A stretch of DNA of 64,000 nt from Spirochaetia bacterium (GTDB lineage Bacteria; Spirochaetota; Spirochaetia; DSM-2461): the NCBI GenBank assembly GCA_963668315.1, contig OY764216.1, forward strand, positions 2,208,001 through 2,272,000. The letters run 5' to 3'. The notes under the pieces were generated by a model. It worked only from the letters and a program-made list of their open reading frames with translations, did no database searches and was not told the DNA's origin. Positions 39,856 through 50,193 of the stretch are shown piece by piece (positions within the stretch are counted from its first letter, which is position 1; each line of letters starts with the position of its first letter). The position numbers were made by a program, and so were the translations under genes.

Positions 39856-40788
39856 TTATTCAATAGGAGGCACGGACACCCGGTTCAGCAGACCGTCGAT
39901 AAATTCCTTTTCCCCGGTCTGACCGGCATAGCGGCTGCCTTTCAGAAGGATTCGTTTTTTCAGGACCGGGTAGATCATGGTCTGGATATCGCCGGGGGTC
40001 ACATAATCCCTGCCCCGCAGCGCCGCCAGGGCCTGAGACGTTTTATAGAGAGCCAGGGAGCCCCGGGGTGAGACGCCCATAATCAGGGAGACGTCGCTGC
40101 GGGTCAGCTCTATCAGAGAGAGGATATAATCGCGGAGCTTGTCATCCACATGGATTTCCAGAACCTCCTCCTGGCGTTTCTTAAGCTCTTCAAGCCCTGT
40201 GATCCGATCCAGCACTTCTCCCTCGTCGGGTCGCTTCATAATCCACCGCTCCTCCTCCATCCCGGGATAACCGAGGCTCAGCGTGAGAAGAAAGCGGTCT
40301 TTCTGGACTTCCGGCAGGGGAAAGGTGCCCTCCGTCTCCACGGAGCTTTCCGTGGCAATCATGAAAAAAGGGTCCGGGAGGGACAGGCTTTTCCCCTCCA
40401 CGCTTATCTGCCCTTCCGCCATGGCTTCCAGCAGAGCCGACTGGGTGCGGGGGGTGGCCCTGTTGATTTCATCGACAAGAAGGAGATTGGTGACCACCGG
40501 TCCCTTGCGGAAAAGGAATTTCTCTTTCTCCTCATTGTAGACGGATACGCCCAGAACGTCGGCGGGGAGCAGATCGGGGGTGCACTGGATGGATTTGAAT
40601 TCCCCGCCCACCACCGAAGCCAGGGACCGGGCCAGGAGGGTTTTACCCGTCCCTGGTTTGTCCTCTATGAGTATATGCCCCCGGCAGAGGAGGGCGGCGA
40701 GGATGGTCTCTATCGCTTCATCCTTGCCGAAATACCGCTTATGTATCTCACGGCCGACCTTATCGGCCCACTGCTGAAGGGTGGTCAT
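39856..40788 (-). CDS. MoxR family AAA+ ATPase (copy 2)
   Basis: PGTGKT, TPDLLPAD, DEINRATPRTQSALLEAM. Confidence 0.93.
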   Translation of the reverse strand: MTTLQQWADKVGREIHKRYFGKDEAIETILAALLCRGHILIEDKPGTGKTLLARSLASVVGGEFKSIQCTPDLLPADVLGVSVYNEEKEKFLFRKGPVVTNLLLVDEINRATPRTQSALLEAMAEGQISVEGKSLSLPDPFFMIATESSVETEGTFPLPEVQKDRFLLTLSLGYPGMEEERWIMKRPDEGEVLDRITGLEELKKRQEEVLEIHVDDKLRDYILSLIELTRSDVSLIMGVSPRGSLALYKTSQALAALRGRDYVTPGDIQTMIYPVLKKRILLKGSRYAGQTGEKEFIDGLLNRVSVPPIE

Positions 40789-42284
40789 TTTCTCTTTCGC
40801 TCCTCTTTCACTATCATTTGGGTCTGTTCTATAAATCGGTCTATCTCATCGGGCTCTATGATCCGGGTCGAGTAGAAGTAGTCGTCCAGGAAGCGGGCCA
40901 TGGAATGGAGTTCCTCTTTTCTGTGGGGAATCGTCCCGGTAAGTTCTTTGAGATAGTCCGCCGGGGAGAGGCCCGTGCGGTAATCCCGCCCTCTCTTTCC
41001 GCCCCAGCGGCAGAGTCTGGTAAAGGCTTTGATCACTCTCCCTGACGATGGGAGGGCCTGTGATGATTCCCGGTGCTTCTTTCCCCTTTTTCCCTTCTCT
41101 TTCTTATTTCCCGCCCATATCTTTCCGGGATCAAAGGCATTCTCTCTTTGCCAGCCCCGCCGGCGGATAAGCAGGTTCATCAGCTGGGAAAGGTACTCCT
41201 TCAGTTCGGCCAGCCCCTCTCTTATTACTCCCTTGCTCTGGGCACGGCCCTTTATTGATAGGAAAGGGTGGAGAAGAAAAAGGATAAAAACACCGATTCC
41301 CGCTCCCAGCAGTACTCTCTTAATCAGGGCCTTCAGGGCATCGGAGAGCAGAGGCTCCCGGGGAGCCGAATCTCCCGGCATCATCAGGGGGGAACTGACC
41401 GCCGGCATGGTTCTCTCAAAACTCGGGATGTCAGGAAGAGGAACGGGTTTTCCCGGCGCCCCGGCGAAAAAATTTCCCAGCCAGGTGAAAAAATCCTCTA
41501 TGAGAGAGAAGGGAAGGCTCAGGTCGGAACGGCTCAGCATAAGCGCCGGAAGGGCGAGAAGAAGGAGCAGCAGGAAAAAGCGCCTTGCCTTGAGAGATTG
41601 CCATTCGCTTGCCAGTCGGATTCCTTCGGAAAGAAGGAGCAGTTCCTCCTCCATGCCGCGGCACAGGAAGAGAAAGCTCAGGCAGAAGATGAGCAGCACG
41701 ACTATCGAGGCCACCTGATAGGCAAATACCTTCCCCGTGATAAAGGAGAGAAAGACGAGGAGGATAATCGCCGACAGGGTGAATACCAGGGGAAAGAGAC
41801 GGATCTGACCGGCATATCCTTTCATTTCCTGGAGTTCGTAGCTGTACTGCCTTGTCCTGGCGGCCAGTTCCTTTTTATCAAAGGGAGCGAACAGGCTGAT
41901 AAGCTTTTCCCTGTACACCATGGCTTTGGTAAAAAAGAGAGTCAGACTCCAGCCGGCGGCACAGGAAAAGAGTACGGTCAGGGAACCGGCGGTGGCAGGC
42001 GTATAAAGGCCTCTGAAAAGTTCTCCCGAGAGGAGTTTATAGGCGAGAAAGGCGAAACACAGGAAAAAAACGAAGAAACGGAAGAGCAGGAAGAAGGGAT
42101 TCTCCCGTTTCCCCGAAGCGGAACGATAAAGCAGGAAGGCGCATAAATCGGCCAGTAAAACGAGACCGAAGAGAAGATAAAGGTTGATAAAAGGTTCAAT
42201 GAAAGGCGCGGCAAGGGTATAAACCGTCAGGAGCATCAGTACAGGCCAGAGCACGGCGAAGAGGGCGGCTTCTTTATGATTCAC
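40785..42284 (-). CDS. Polytopic membrane protein with C-terminal DUF4129-like domain
   Basis: Several TM segments; C-terminal F.RL..W...G......SPADY....YFYS; MoxR context. Confidence 0.7.
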   Translation of the reverse strand: MNHKEAALFAVLWPVLMLLTVYTLAAPFIEPFINLYLLFGLVLLADLCAFLLYRSASGKRENPFFLLFRFFVFFLCFAFLAYKLLSGELFRGLYTPATAGSLTVLFSCAAGWSLTLFFTKAMVYREKLISLFAPFDKKELAARTRQYSYELQEMKGYAGQIRLFPLVFTLSAIILLVFLSFITGKVFAYQVASIVVLLIFCLSFLFLCRGMEEELLLLSEGIRLASEWQSLKARRFFLLLLLLALPALMLSRSDLSLPFSLIEDFFTWLGNFFAGAPGKPVPLPDIPSFERTMPAVSSPLMMPGDSAPREPLLSDALKALIKRVLLGAGIGVFILFLLHPFLSIKGRAQSKGVIREGLAELKEYLSQLMNLLIRRRGWQRENAFDPGKIWAGNKKEKGKRGKKHRESSQALPSSGRVIKAFTRLCRWGGKRGRDYRTGLSPADYLKELTGTIPHRKEELHSMARFLDDYFYSTRIIEPDEIDRFIEQTQMIVKEERKRK

Positions 42285-43476
42285 GGATCAACCCCTCCCC
42301 GTACTCTTCGACCCGGTGGACCGGCAGGCCGGGAATGAGCAGCTTCTTCTTTTCCGTTCCCTGGGCTGCGATGATGAAATATTCCAGATCACGGCCTTTT
42401 CTCTTCTGCTCGAACAGAAAGTTCCCGTCCTCCGTCAGGGGAGGGGGACCTATGATAAAATATTTCGTGCCCCTTCTCACCGGATTCTCCTTTCGGGACA
42501 TAAGGTCGATGAGGTTTAGCCCCTCCGGATGGGCTTTTACGGCGGCCAGAGTCTTCAGTATGAGCGCCGACTGCTCCACTCCGCTGTTTTCCGGGAGGGA
42601 GAGGGGGGCTCTGCTCAGGTTTTTCCGGGATTCGGGACTCTCGTCCATTTCCGGGATATACCCGGAGACGATAAGGGACACTTTCTGCCCCATCCGGATA
42701 AAGCAGACCGCCAGGGATGCGGCCGTTTCCACGGCTCTTTCCAGCAGTTCCCCCCGATGGGAGAGAGGGTATTCCCCGGCGGAAAGGTTAAGGATGATAT
42801 GGACGGGAAAGTAGATGGTGCTGTCGTATTCCATAGTGTATAATTTTCCCAGCCGGGCGGAGACCTTCCAGTTGATCCGCTTCAGCTCGTCGCCGGGGAT
42901 ATATTCCCTGAGGGACTGGAAACTTGTCACGTCTTCATACAGCTTGTTGCTTATCTTGACGCTGCCCCCGCTCATCCCCCGCTTCTGATCCAGCCTGACC
43001 CGGTAGACCTGAGGATAGATGATCACCTGCTGGCAGGCGTCGATCTTCTTTTCCCAGCTGAACAGCCGGAAGGGGCCGTTTCCCTTCAGCTTCACCGGAC
43101 CGGAGCGCTTGACACCGCGGGAGTCGCCCACCGCCTTGTAGGAAATCACTTTTTCCTCGAAGGGACGGAGGGACAGGGCTCTCTCCCGTTTTTCCATGGG
43201 GTAGAGGCCGTACAGTTCGTCGGAAAGGATAAAGTAGGAGAGGGGAAAGGGGCTCTTGTTTATGAGGCGTATCTCCAGATCGAATTCCCGATGGCAGAGG
43301 GCATAGAGGGTTTTCCGGTCCCTCTCAATCCGGATAAACCGGGGAATCAGCCTTTGGGCCGTAAGGGCCCAGATCCTCATCAGAAGAAGCAGCATGAGAA
43401 TGAATCTGACCGGGACAATGGGGGTAAAAAGAAAACCGCCTGTCAGGATAAGGATCAGAATTAGCTGGCCGATCAC
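42274..43476 (-). CDS. DUF58 family protein
   Basis: LREYIPGDELKRINWKVSAR; GTG start. Confidence 0.9.
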   Translation of the reverse strand: MIGQLILILILTGGFLFTPIVPVRFILMLLLLMRIWALTAQRLIPRFIRIERDRKTLYALCHREFDLEIRLINKSPFPLSYFILSDELYGLYPMEKRERALSLRPFEEKVISYKAVGDSRGVKRSGPVKLKGNGPFRLFSWEKKIDACQQVIIYPQVYRVRLDQKRGMSGGSVKISNKLYEDVTSFQSLREYIPGDELKRINWKVSARLGKLYTMEYDSTIYFPVHIILNLSAGEYPLSHRGELLERAVETAASLAVCFIRMGQKVSLIVSGYIPEMDESPESRKNLSRAPLSLPENSGVEQSALILKTLAAVKAHPEGLNLIDLMSRKENPVRRGTKYFIIGPPPLTEDGNFLFEQKRKGRDLEYFIIAAQGTEKKKLLIPGLPVHRVEEYGEGLIRES

Positions 43477-44423
43477 GTAAGGGAGGGTTCCTCTTCCCGT
43501 GACTTCTCAAGAAGAGATGCTACGATATCCCTTTCATCCAGTCCGTTGAGAATGGCCTCCGAACGGAGCTTTATTCTTTTAAGGAGGATGGGAAGGGCCA
43601 GTTCATAAAGATCGTCCTCTTCGGCCCTGTCTCGCCCCCGCAGGGCGGCGAGAGCCTGTACGCCCTTATAGAGGGCCCGGGTTGCCCGGGGGGAGGCTCC
43701 CAGTTCCAGGCGGCTGTCCTTTCGGGAAAGATCACCCAGGACCAGGATCCGGTTCTCCAGGGAGGAAGGAACATCTACCCGGGTCACGAGGCGACGCAGT
43801 TCAGCAAGGTCGCCCAGATTTCCCTTCGGTTTCAGATCGTTTACCGGATGGGTTATACGGTTCTGGCCGGCCATGATCTCTCCTTCGGAAATCCTGTTGG
43901 GATAGCCCATGGACAGGGTCATGAAAAAACGGTCCTTCTGGGCTTCGGGAAGGGGAAAGGTACCCTCGAAATCCAGGGGATTCTCCGTGGCTATCATAAA
44001 AAACGGGGAGGGCAGCTCCATCGTCTTTCCTTCCAGGGTGACCGAACTGCTCTCCATGGCTTCCAGCAGGGCCGACTGGCTCCGGGGCGTGGCCCTGTTG
44101 ATTTCATCAATCAACAGGATATTGGAGAAGACGGGCCCGGGATGAAAACGGAACTGCTTTGTCGAAGGGATATAGACGGAAACACCCAGAATATCGGAAG
44201 GGAGAAGATCGGGGGTGCATTGAATCCGCTGGAATCGCCCCCCCGTCACGGCCGAAAGAGCCCGGGCGAGAATGGTTTTTCCCACCCCCGGGACGTCTTC
44301 CAGAAGGACATGGCCTCCGCATAAAAGGGCGGTCAGAACCTTCTCAATGACTTCGTCCTTGCCCAGGATAACTCTGCCTATCTCCCCTTTCAGGGTATCG
44401 GCCCAACTTCTGACTTCATCCAT
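43473..44423 (-). CDS. MoxR family AAA+ ATPase (copy 1)
   Basis: EDVPGVGKT, DEINRA, ATENP, PLPEAQKDRF. Confidence 0.94.
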   Translation of the reverse strand: MDEVRSWADTLKGEIGRVILGKDEVIEKVLTALLCGGHVLLEDVPGVGKTILARALSAVTGGRFQRIQCTPDLLPSDILGVSVYIPSTKQFRFHPGPVFSNILLIDEINRATPRSQSALLEAMESSSVTLEGKTMELPSPFFMIATENPLDFEGTFPLPEAQKDRFFMTLSMGYPNRISEGEIMAGQNRITHPVNDLKPKGNLGDLAELRRLVTRVDVPSSLENRILVLGDLSRKDSRLELGASPRATRALYKGVQALAALRGRDRAEEDDLYELALPILLKRIKLRSEAILNGLDERDIVASLLEKSREEEPSLT

Positions 44424-44511
44424 GCTCGCTCTCCCCACTCCCTGTGACAGGGAATTACTCCCGGTTCATTTTAACAGGGAATCGGGGGATTTGAAAGCAG
44501 TTTTCTCTTTC

Positions 44512-45330
44512 TCAGCCGAGGGCTACGTCCAGAGTCATCATCACGGCGAATCCCAACATGGCGCCGATGGTGGAAATATCATTATGCTCTTCGTCCTCCT
44601 GGGCGCTGGGAACCAGTTCTTCGACAACGACGTAGATCATGGCGCCCGCGGCAAAGGCGAGGGCGTAGGGGAGTATGGGGCGGAATATGATGACCGCCGC
44701 GGCGCCCAGAACTCCGGCGATAGGCTCCACGATACCCGAAGCCTGTCCGTAGACAAAGCTTTTAAACCGTCCCATCCCCTCTCTTCTCAGAGGAACGGAT
44801 ACGGCGGCTCCTTCGGGAAAGTTCTGAATGCCTATACCAAGGGCCAGGGCGACGGCTCCCGCTATGCCCGCTCCGGGAATTCCCGCCGCCACCGCGCCGA
44901 AGGCGACGCCGACAGCCAGACCTTCGGGAAAATTATGCAGTGTGATCGCCATCACCAGGAGAACGCTTCTCTGCCAGCTGGATTTGAGCCCTTCCTTCTC
45001 ATCGGATGCCTGGAAACTGGGGTGCATATGGGGCAGGGTTTTATCCACGGCCAGGAGAAAAAGCCCTCCCATCAGGAATCCGATGACCGCCGGGCCCCAG
45101 TCGGGCCCGGGCATTTCGGAGGACATTTCTATGGCAGGCGCCAGGAGCGACCAGTAGGACGCGGCAATCATGACGCCCGAGGCAAAGCCCAGCATGCCGT
45201 TGAGGATTTTTTTGTTGATGGATTTGAAAAGGAAAACCACCGCCGCACCCAGGGCCGTGAAAGCCCAGGTGAAAAGCGTCCCGAGAAGGGCCTGAAAGAC
45301 GGGGGGAAACTGGGAAAGCCACTGAATCAT
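44512..45330 (-). CDS. ZIP family metal transporter (GufA/ZupT-like)
   Basis: HNFPEG, QNFPEG, AAGAM; SD AAGGAG. Confidence 0.93.
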   Translation of the reverse strand: MIQWLSQFPPVFQALLGTLFTWAFTALGAAVVFLFKSINKKILNGMLGFASGVMIAASYWSLLAPAIEMSSEMPGPDWGPAVIGFLMGGLFLLAVDKTLPHMHPSFQASDEKEGLKSSWQRSVLLVMAITLHNFPEGLAVGVAFGAVAAGIPGAGIAGAVALALGIGIQNFPEGAAVSVPLRREGMGRFKSFVYGQASGIVEPIAGVLGAAAVIIFRPILPYALAFAAGAMIYVVVEELVPSAQEDEEHNDISTIGAMLGFAVMMTLDVALG

Positions 45331-45400
45331 ATATTATCTCCTTATGTTGTACTGATAAGTATAGTAGACTTTCCCCGAAAGATGAATCTTTTTTGTCTTT

Positions 45401-45646
45401 TTACAGGCAGGGGACCTGACGGGTGTCTATGAAATCCGCGGCCATCTGGTAGGTTATTTCCACGGCTTCTTCCCGGGTCTCGCAGTATTTGGGTTCATGG
45501 CTTACGGGGAGGACCTCTTCGGTCTCCTCATCGACAAGAATATAGTGGCCCAGTACCCACAACCCCTTATAGGGGCCTTCCCATCCCCGGATATGAATGA
45601 GCGGTTTAATAGCGAATCCTTTGTATTTTTTAATATCTAATGACAT
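45401..45646 (-). CDS. Small hypothetical protein (81 aa)
   Basis: SD GGGAG; fills the gap with no competing ORF. Confidence 0.65.
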   Translation of the reverse strand: MSLDIKKYKGFAIKPLIHIRGWEGPYKGLWVLGHYILVDEETEEVLPVSHEPKYCETREEAVEITYQMAADFIDTRQVPCL

Positions 45647-45774
45647 AATTTCTCCCTTGGAACCAGGTTCCGGATAGTGATAATTTTATCACAGCCCCGG
45701 AGGGAGAACCATGGATATCATCCGCCCCCTGTGGGGTTTCCATGAAGAATGGGGGGATCCCTTGAACCCTGCTT

Positions 45775-47979
45775 TTATTCCGCCGGAGTTGGTTCCGGGG
45801 GGGCAGCGAAGGCTTTTCCCGAAAGATATATGAAGTATCCGGCGATGAGAAAATGTATTTTCTCCGAAAGAACCGTCTCTTCGTCCCTGTCTATAAACTG
45901 AAGAATATATTTCAGGGGCGGTTGATCCCCGATGGTTTTACCGTCACTTTCAGTAAGCTTTCTGATTTCGGGGAAAAAATCCGCCCCTTCCCGGGATTTT
46001 ATAAGATAGTGGAGGGATTGGCTCCAGGGGCCTTCGTCAATCTCCTGCTTCAGTTCCCTGATCCCCTTGTGCGGCTTTTCCAGGAAGGAGAAGAAGAAGG
46101 GGTAGAACCACTCGCTGAACCCCATGAGCGAGGCGGCGTTCATAATAAGATCGTCCGTCAGATGGGGGTAGGTCTTCACCTCCACATGGTGCAGAAGGGA
46201 GGGGAGGGCATCGGTTTTTTTCAGAAGCTCAAGGGCTTTCGCGCAGAACATGATGATGCGGGGATTATCGGTATCCTCCAGAATCTCCAGGATTCGGTCC
46301 CCCTGTTCCCGGGCGCCCAGCTGTCCCAGGGCAAGGGCCGCCTTGCTGACGAGCAGATAGTCGGGAGAGTCCAGAGCCTCGGTAAGAGGTTTGACGGCCC
46401 TCTCTATCCTCCGCTCTCCGATAATCTCGGCGGAGATATGGGCCGTGGTGAAGGGATGCTCTTTCATATCTTTTATCAGGTACGATTCGGTCTTATCGGT
46501 GAGGGGGTATTTTTTCAGGCTGTTCAGAGCTTCTATGCGGACGAAAAAACTGGGGGAATCCAGTCTGTTGTAGAGCTCCTCCAGGTTGAGGGGGGATTTG
46601 TTCTCACCCATGGCGGAAACAATTTCCCTTTCATCTTCGGAGGAGGTCGTCTTATCCAGTTTGTTCAGGTAATAGATGGCCTTCAGATCCCGGGGATTGA
46701 ATATGATGCCCAGTACATCGGTTATGGAGTATTTACCCCTGTCGGGAAGCTTGTTGATCATAAGCATATTGACGGCGAGAATCACTATGGGAAGGGCGTA
46801 ATAGATCTGGAACGCCTGTGATTCGGGCGCCCTGTTTTCCAGGAAACTCAGAAGAAAACCGCCTCCCAGAGCGCCGATCATCCCCGAGAGACCGCGGATA
46901 ATATTATAGACCACGCTCTGGTCCAGCCGGTCCTCTTCGCGGGTGATGGAAAAGAAGTAGATATCCGCCGAGTAGCCCAGTCCCCAGATCATCATCTGGT
47001 TGAAGAAGAAGAGCATGCAGAGGAAGAAGAAAAGCATACGGGAAGAGGGAAACACCGGTGAAATCAGTATGGGAATCAGACAGATAATCTGCAGGATATG
47101 AAAGGTGAAATACATCGGTTTAGCACCGACTCTGTCCGTTATGAAACGGGCGAAACGGGTCATGATAAGGGAGCCGACCGCCCCGGCCACGGTAAAGAAT
47201 ATGACGACCCCGTCCGACTGGAGATAGACCTTTTTACAGTAGAGGAGGAGAAAGCCGCCGCTCATTCCTGTCACGATGGTGCTCAGTACCACCAGGAGGA
47301 TAAAACGGGAGAAACCCTCCCGCTTGAACGTATCGCTTATGCTTTTTATAAGGGACAATTCGCTTCGGTCCGGCCGTTCCTGTTCGGGAAGCTTCAAAAT
47401 ACTGACCGCCGCAAAAATACCCGCGATGATTCCTACCAGAATAAAAAGGGGATATTTATAGAGGGGGGCTTTATCTCCCAGCAGCAGGGCTATGGTGATG
47501 CCCGTAATTATCTGGCCGGCAAAGTTTATCATGTTGTTATTGGCCAGAAAGGCCGCCCGGGTTTCATTTCTGGTTATGTAGCCCAAGATGGGATTCGTGC
47601 TTGTCAGGGCGATTCCCTTGAGAAAGTTGAAGCCGAAGACGCCTATGGATATGGTCAGGAGCGAATAGAAGGGATTGTCCCGGAAAGAGGGAATCAGGGT
47701 TAACAGAACGGGAACCATGATGATATAGCGGAAGAGCCAGAAGTACCCCATGGTCTTCACATACCCCAGCCGGGGAACGATCCGGCGGCCCAGAAGACTG
47801 AACACGAAGGTAATGGAATTGCAGGCCGAGAGAATCCCGATCAGCCGGGTACCCGCCCCCAGTCTGATGGCGTAGAGAAGGATGACGTTCCCCGCCATGA
47901 AACTGTAGGAAAGCACATTGAATACGGCGTATCTGGTATAGTTCGCCTGGGCCTTTTTCATCTGGTTCGTGCTGAGCAT
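45775..47979 (-). CDS. MFS transporter fused to HEAT repeats
   Basis: About 12 TM segments, then repeats such as VRIEALNSL, LVSKAALALGQLG, CAKALELL. Confidence 0.82.
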   Translation of the reverse strand: MLSTNQMKKAQANYTRYAVFNVLSYSFMAGNVILLYAIRLGAGTRLIGILSACNSITFVFSLLGRRIVPRLGYVKTMGYFWLFRYIIMVPVLLTLIPSFRDNPFYSLLTISIGVFGFNFLKGIALTSTNPILGYITRNETRAAFLANNNMINFAGQIITGITIALLLGDKAPLYKYPLFILVGIIAGIFAAVSILKLPEQERPDRSELSLIKSISDTFKREGFSRFILLVVLSTIVTGMSGGFLLLYCKKVYLQSDGVVIFFTVAGAVGSLIMTRFARFITDRVGAKPMYFTFHILQIICLIPILISPVFPSSRMLFFFLCMLFFFNQMMIWGLGYSADIYFFSITREEDRLDQSVVYNIIRGLSGMIGALGGGFLLSFLENRAPESQAFQIYYALPIVILAVNMLMINKLPDRGKYSITDVLGIIFNPRDLKAIYYLNKLDKTTSSEDEREIVSAMGENKSPLNLEELYNRLDSPSFFVRIEALNSLKKYPLTDKTESYLIKDMKEHPFTTAHISAEIIGERRIERAVKPLTEALDSPDYLLVSKAALALGQLGAREQGDRILEILEDTDNPRIIMFCAKALELLKKTDALPSLLHHVEVKTYPHLTDDLIMNAASLMGFSEWFYPFFFSFLEKPHKGIRELKQEIDEGPWSQSLHYLIKSREGADFFPEIRKLTESDGKTIGDQPPLKYILQFIDRDEETVLSEKIHFLIAGYFIYLSGKAFAAPPEPTPAE

Positions 47980-48094
47980 AATGGCCTATTGTAACCTCCG
48001 ATCAGGAAGGGTTCAAGCCATAAATATGATTATGGTCTTTTCCATCGCCTAGCCGGGAGTGAAAAGGAGAAATACCCTTATTCGGGCCGATATT

Positions 48095-49360
48095 TTACTG
48101 AAATCTCAGGAAATGGCTGCCGCCGTTTTCGCTTCTGCTTTTTTTCCTGTGCCTTATGCGAGTGCAGACTTCGTCCACATTAAATATGAGGATGGAGAGA
48201 ACCTTGGCATCTATGGGCATATCCCGCATAATTTTTATGGCATCCTTTCTATTGAGGGAAGAGCGGTAGGGTCTTTGACCGACCAGGGCTTCAAATATGT
48301 CGGCCACGGCGATAATCCTGCTTTCCAGGGGGATCTGATCTTCAAGAAGCCCGTCGGGATAACCCGATCCGTCGTTTTTTTCGTGATGGTACAGGATGAA
48401 GTCTTTCAAGTGCTTCAGGCTGTCGAAATGTTCTATGATCTCTGCGGAATAGTGGACATGTTTTTTTATCTCGCCGAACTCATCTTTGCTGAGCGCTGAG
48501 TCTTTATTGAGTATTTCCACGGGTACCGAAATCTTCCCGATGTCGTGGAGATAGGCGGCAACCTTGAGATCTTTCAGCCTCTTACCCCTCAGTCCGTATT
48601 TCTGCCCGAGAAAATGGGATATCTCTGCCACGTTCCTCGAATGGTTGGCGGAATACTCCTCGGTCTTCTCAAAAAGATAGATGATGGTTTCCAGACCTTC
48701 GGAATTATAGAGATAGGACCGGAATCTGTTGATTATCCTTTTATAAATAATGTAAATAAGCAGGCTGATGAGTACACTGAGGATTATCTGATTGACGGAA
48801 ACGGGAAGATTCCTTGGTTTTACCCTCAAGCCATACGCTAGGAGATAGGATTCGGGAGAAGTAGTTAAGGAGAAATCCTTCAGTATCTGAAGATTGCTCA
48901 GGGTCGTTTCTAGGTCATAGGCGACCTGAACATACCTGTCCCTTATGTACCGGCTGCCGTCACTGTTGGAAATCTTAAAGTTGAAGAATAACTCCGTCCC
49001 CTCCGTACGTATGGCATAGTCCCGCATGGAAAGGACTGTCGGCTTCTCGACTAACTCTATATCCAGAAAGAGGGAAGAGAGCTTCTGGATCTCCTCGAGA
49101 AGTCCATTCAGGTCGAGGGTGCCGTTTTCCAGATACTGCTCATATAAGGCATCATTCAGGAAATAGCGGTCGTTTATGACTTCCGCCGTCTTATCAATAA
49201 TGTTATAAAGAAATAACCGGTAGCTGGAAAGGGTACGTCTGTTGGCATAATCATTTATCAGCGAGAAAATGGCCAGGGACAGAAGGCAGACTGATATCAG
49301 CAGAATGATGCCGAAGTGCTTTTTCCTTAATATGTGCTGCCTCTGTTCCTGTGAAAACAT
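48095..49360 (-). CDS. Membrane-anchored HD-GYP c-di-GMP phosphodiesterase
   Basis: Two TM segments around an extracytoplasmic domain; HSRNV, LHDIGK, HHEK.DGSGYP, ADIFEAL. Confidence 0.9.
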   Translation of the reverse strand: MFSQEQRQHILRKKHFGIILLISVCLLSLAIFSLINDYANRRTLSSYRLFLYNIIDKTAEVINDRYFLNDALYEQYLENGTLDLNGLLEEIQKLSSLFLDIELVEKPTVLSMRDYAIRTEGTELFFNFKISNSDGSRYIRDRYVQVAYDLETTLSNLQILKDFSLTTSPESYLLAYGLRVKPRNLPVSVNQIILSVLISLLIYIIYKRIINRFRSYLYNSEGLETIIYLFEKTEEYSANHSRNVAEISHFLGQKYGLRGKRLKDLKVAAYLHDIGKISVPVEILNKDSALSKDEFGEIKKHVHYSAEIIEHFDSLKHLKDFILYHHEKNDGSGYPDGLLEDQIPLESRIIAVADIFEALVGQRPYRSSLNRKDAIKIMRDMPIDAKVLSILIFNVDEVCTRIRHRKKSRSENGGSHFLRFQ

Positions 49361-49498
49361 AGAGACATATTAGATCAGGCTGTAAATAAATCAACTCTTT
49401 TTTTTGAAAACTGAAAAATCAGTCGCTAATGAAAACCGGGCACAGCCTCATCCTGTCTGCCGGTTCAAAGTTCCGGCAGGACAGGAAAATCGGAACGG

Positions 49499-49590
49499 AA
49501 AAAAAAGGAGGCGGCTCAATAAGGGGAAAAGCCGCCTCCCTGAGAGAAGTCAGAGAATTAATAGTATTTAGGAGAGAGAATCCTCTGATG
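49499..49590 (-). ncRNA. Candidate small RNA with CU-rich loop and terminator
   Basis: -10 TAGAAT at 49602-49597; 10-bp stem with CUCUCUCCU loop; GC-rich terminator followed by U8. Confidence 0.5.
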
Positions 49591-49743
49591 CATCCTATTC
49601 TATCCCATTAATTCCGTCAGTTCTATTAACAGAATATGAACGCAACATAAACAGAGAGAAGGAAATCTCCCTGCTCTGCAAACGGGATTCGGGGAAAATA
49701 AAAAAGGCAAGACCGGAGCCTTGCCTTTCAGAAACTTAAGATG

Positions 49744-49816
<73 letters not shown>

Positions 49817-49999
49817 TCGTTAAGCGAAAGCTACTATAGCAGGGGAGGGAAAAATTGTCAATGGATTTCAGGGTAATGAGAGCCGGAATGAATGACAGGG
49901 ACATCTCTTTCCGAGCGGTGAAATCAGACAGTAAGGGCGGTTTTTTTCAAGCAAAAAAAAAGGTAAGACCAAAGCCTTACCTTGCAAAAACTTAAGATG

Positions 50000-50072
<73 letters not shown>

Positions 50073-50193
50073 TCGTTAAGCGTGAGCGTACTATAGCAGG
50101 GCCGGAAAAAATTGTCAACCGATCTCGTAAAAAAAGGAAAAAAATCTTGCCCGGACTCTGGCCTTTCAGGGCGATCGGCGTTAGGATAGGGTT

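Noticed and set aside
49451..49486. Additional hairpin TCCTGTCTGCCGG...CCGGCAGGACAGGA
   Set aside because: Real inverted repeat, but no U-tail and no assignable function
49429..49611. 60-aa + strand ORF
   Set aside because: No SD or protein-like features; it overlaps hairpins better explained by a minus-strand RNA
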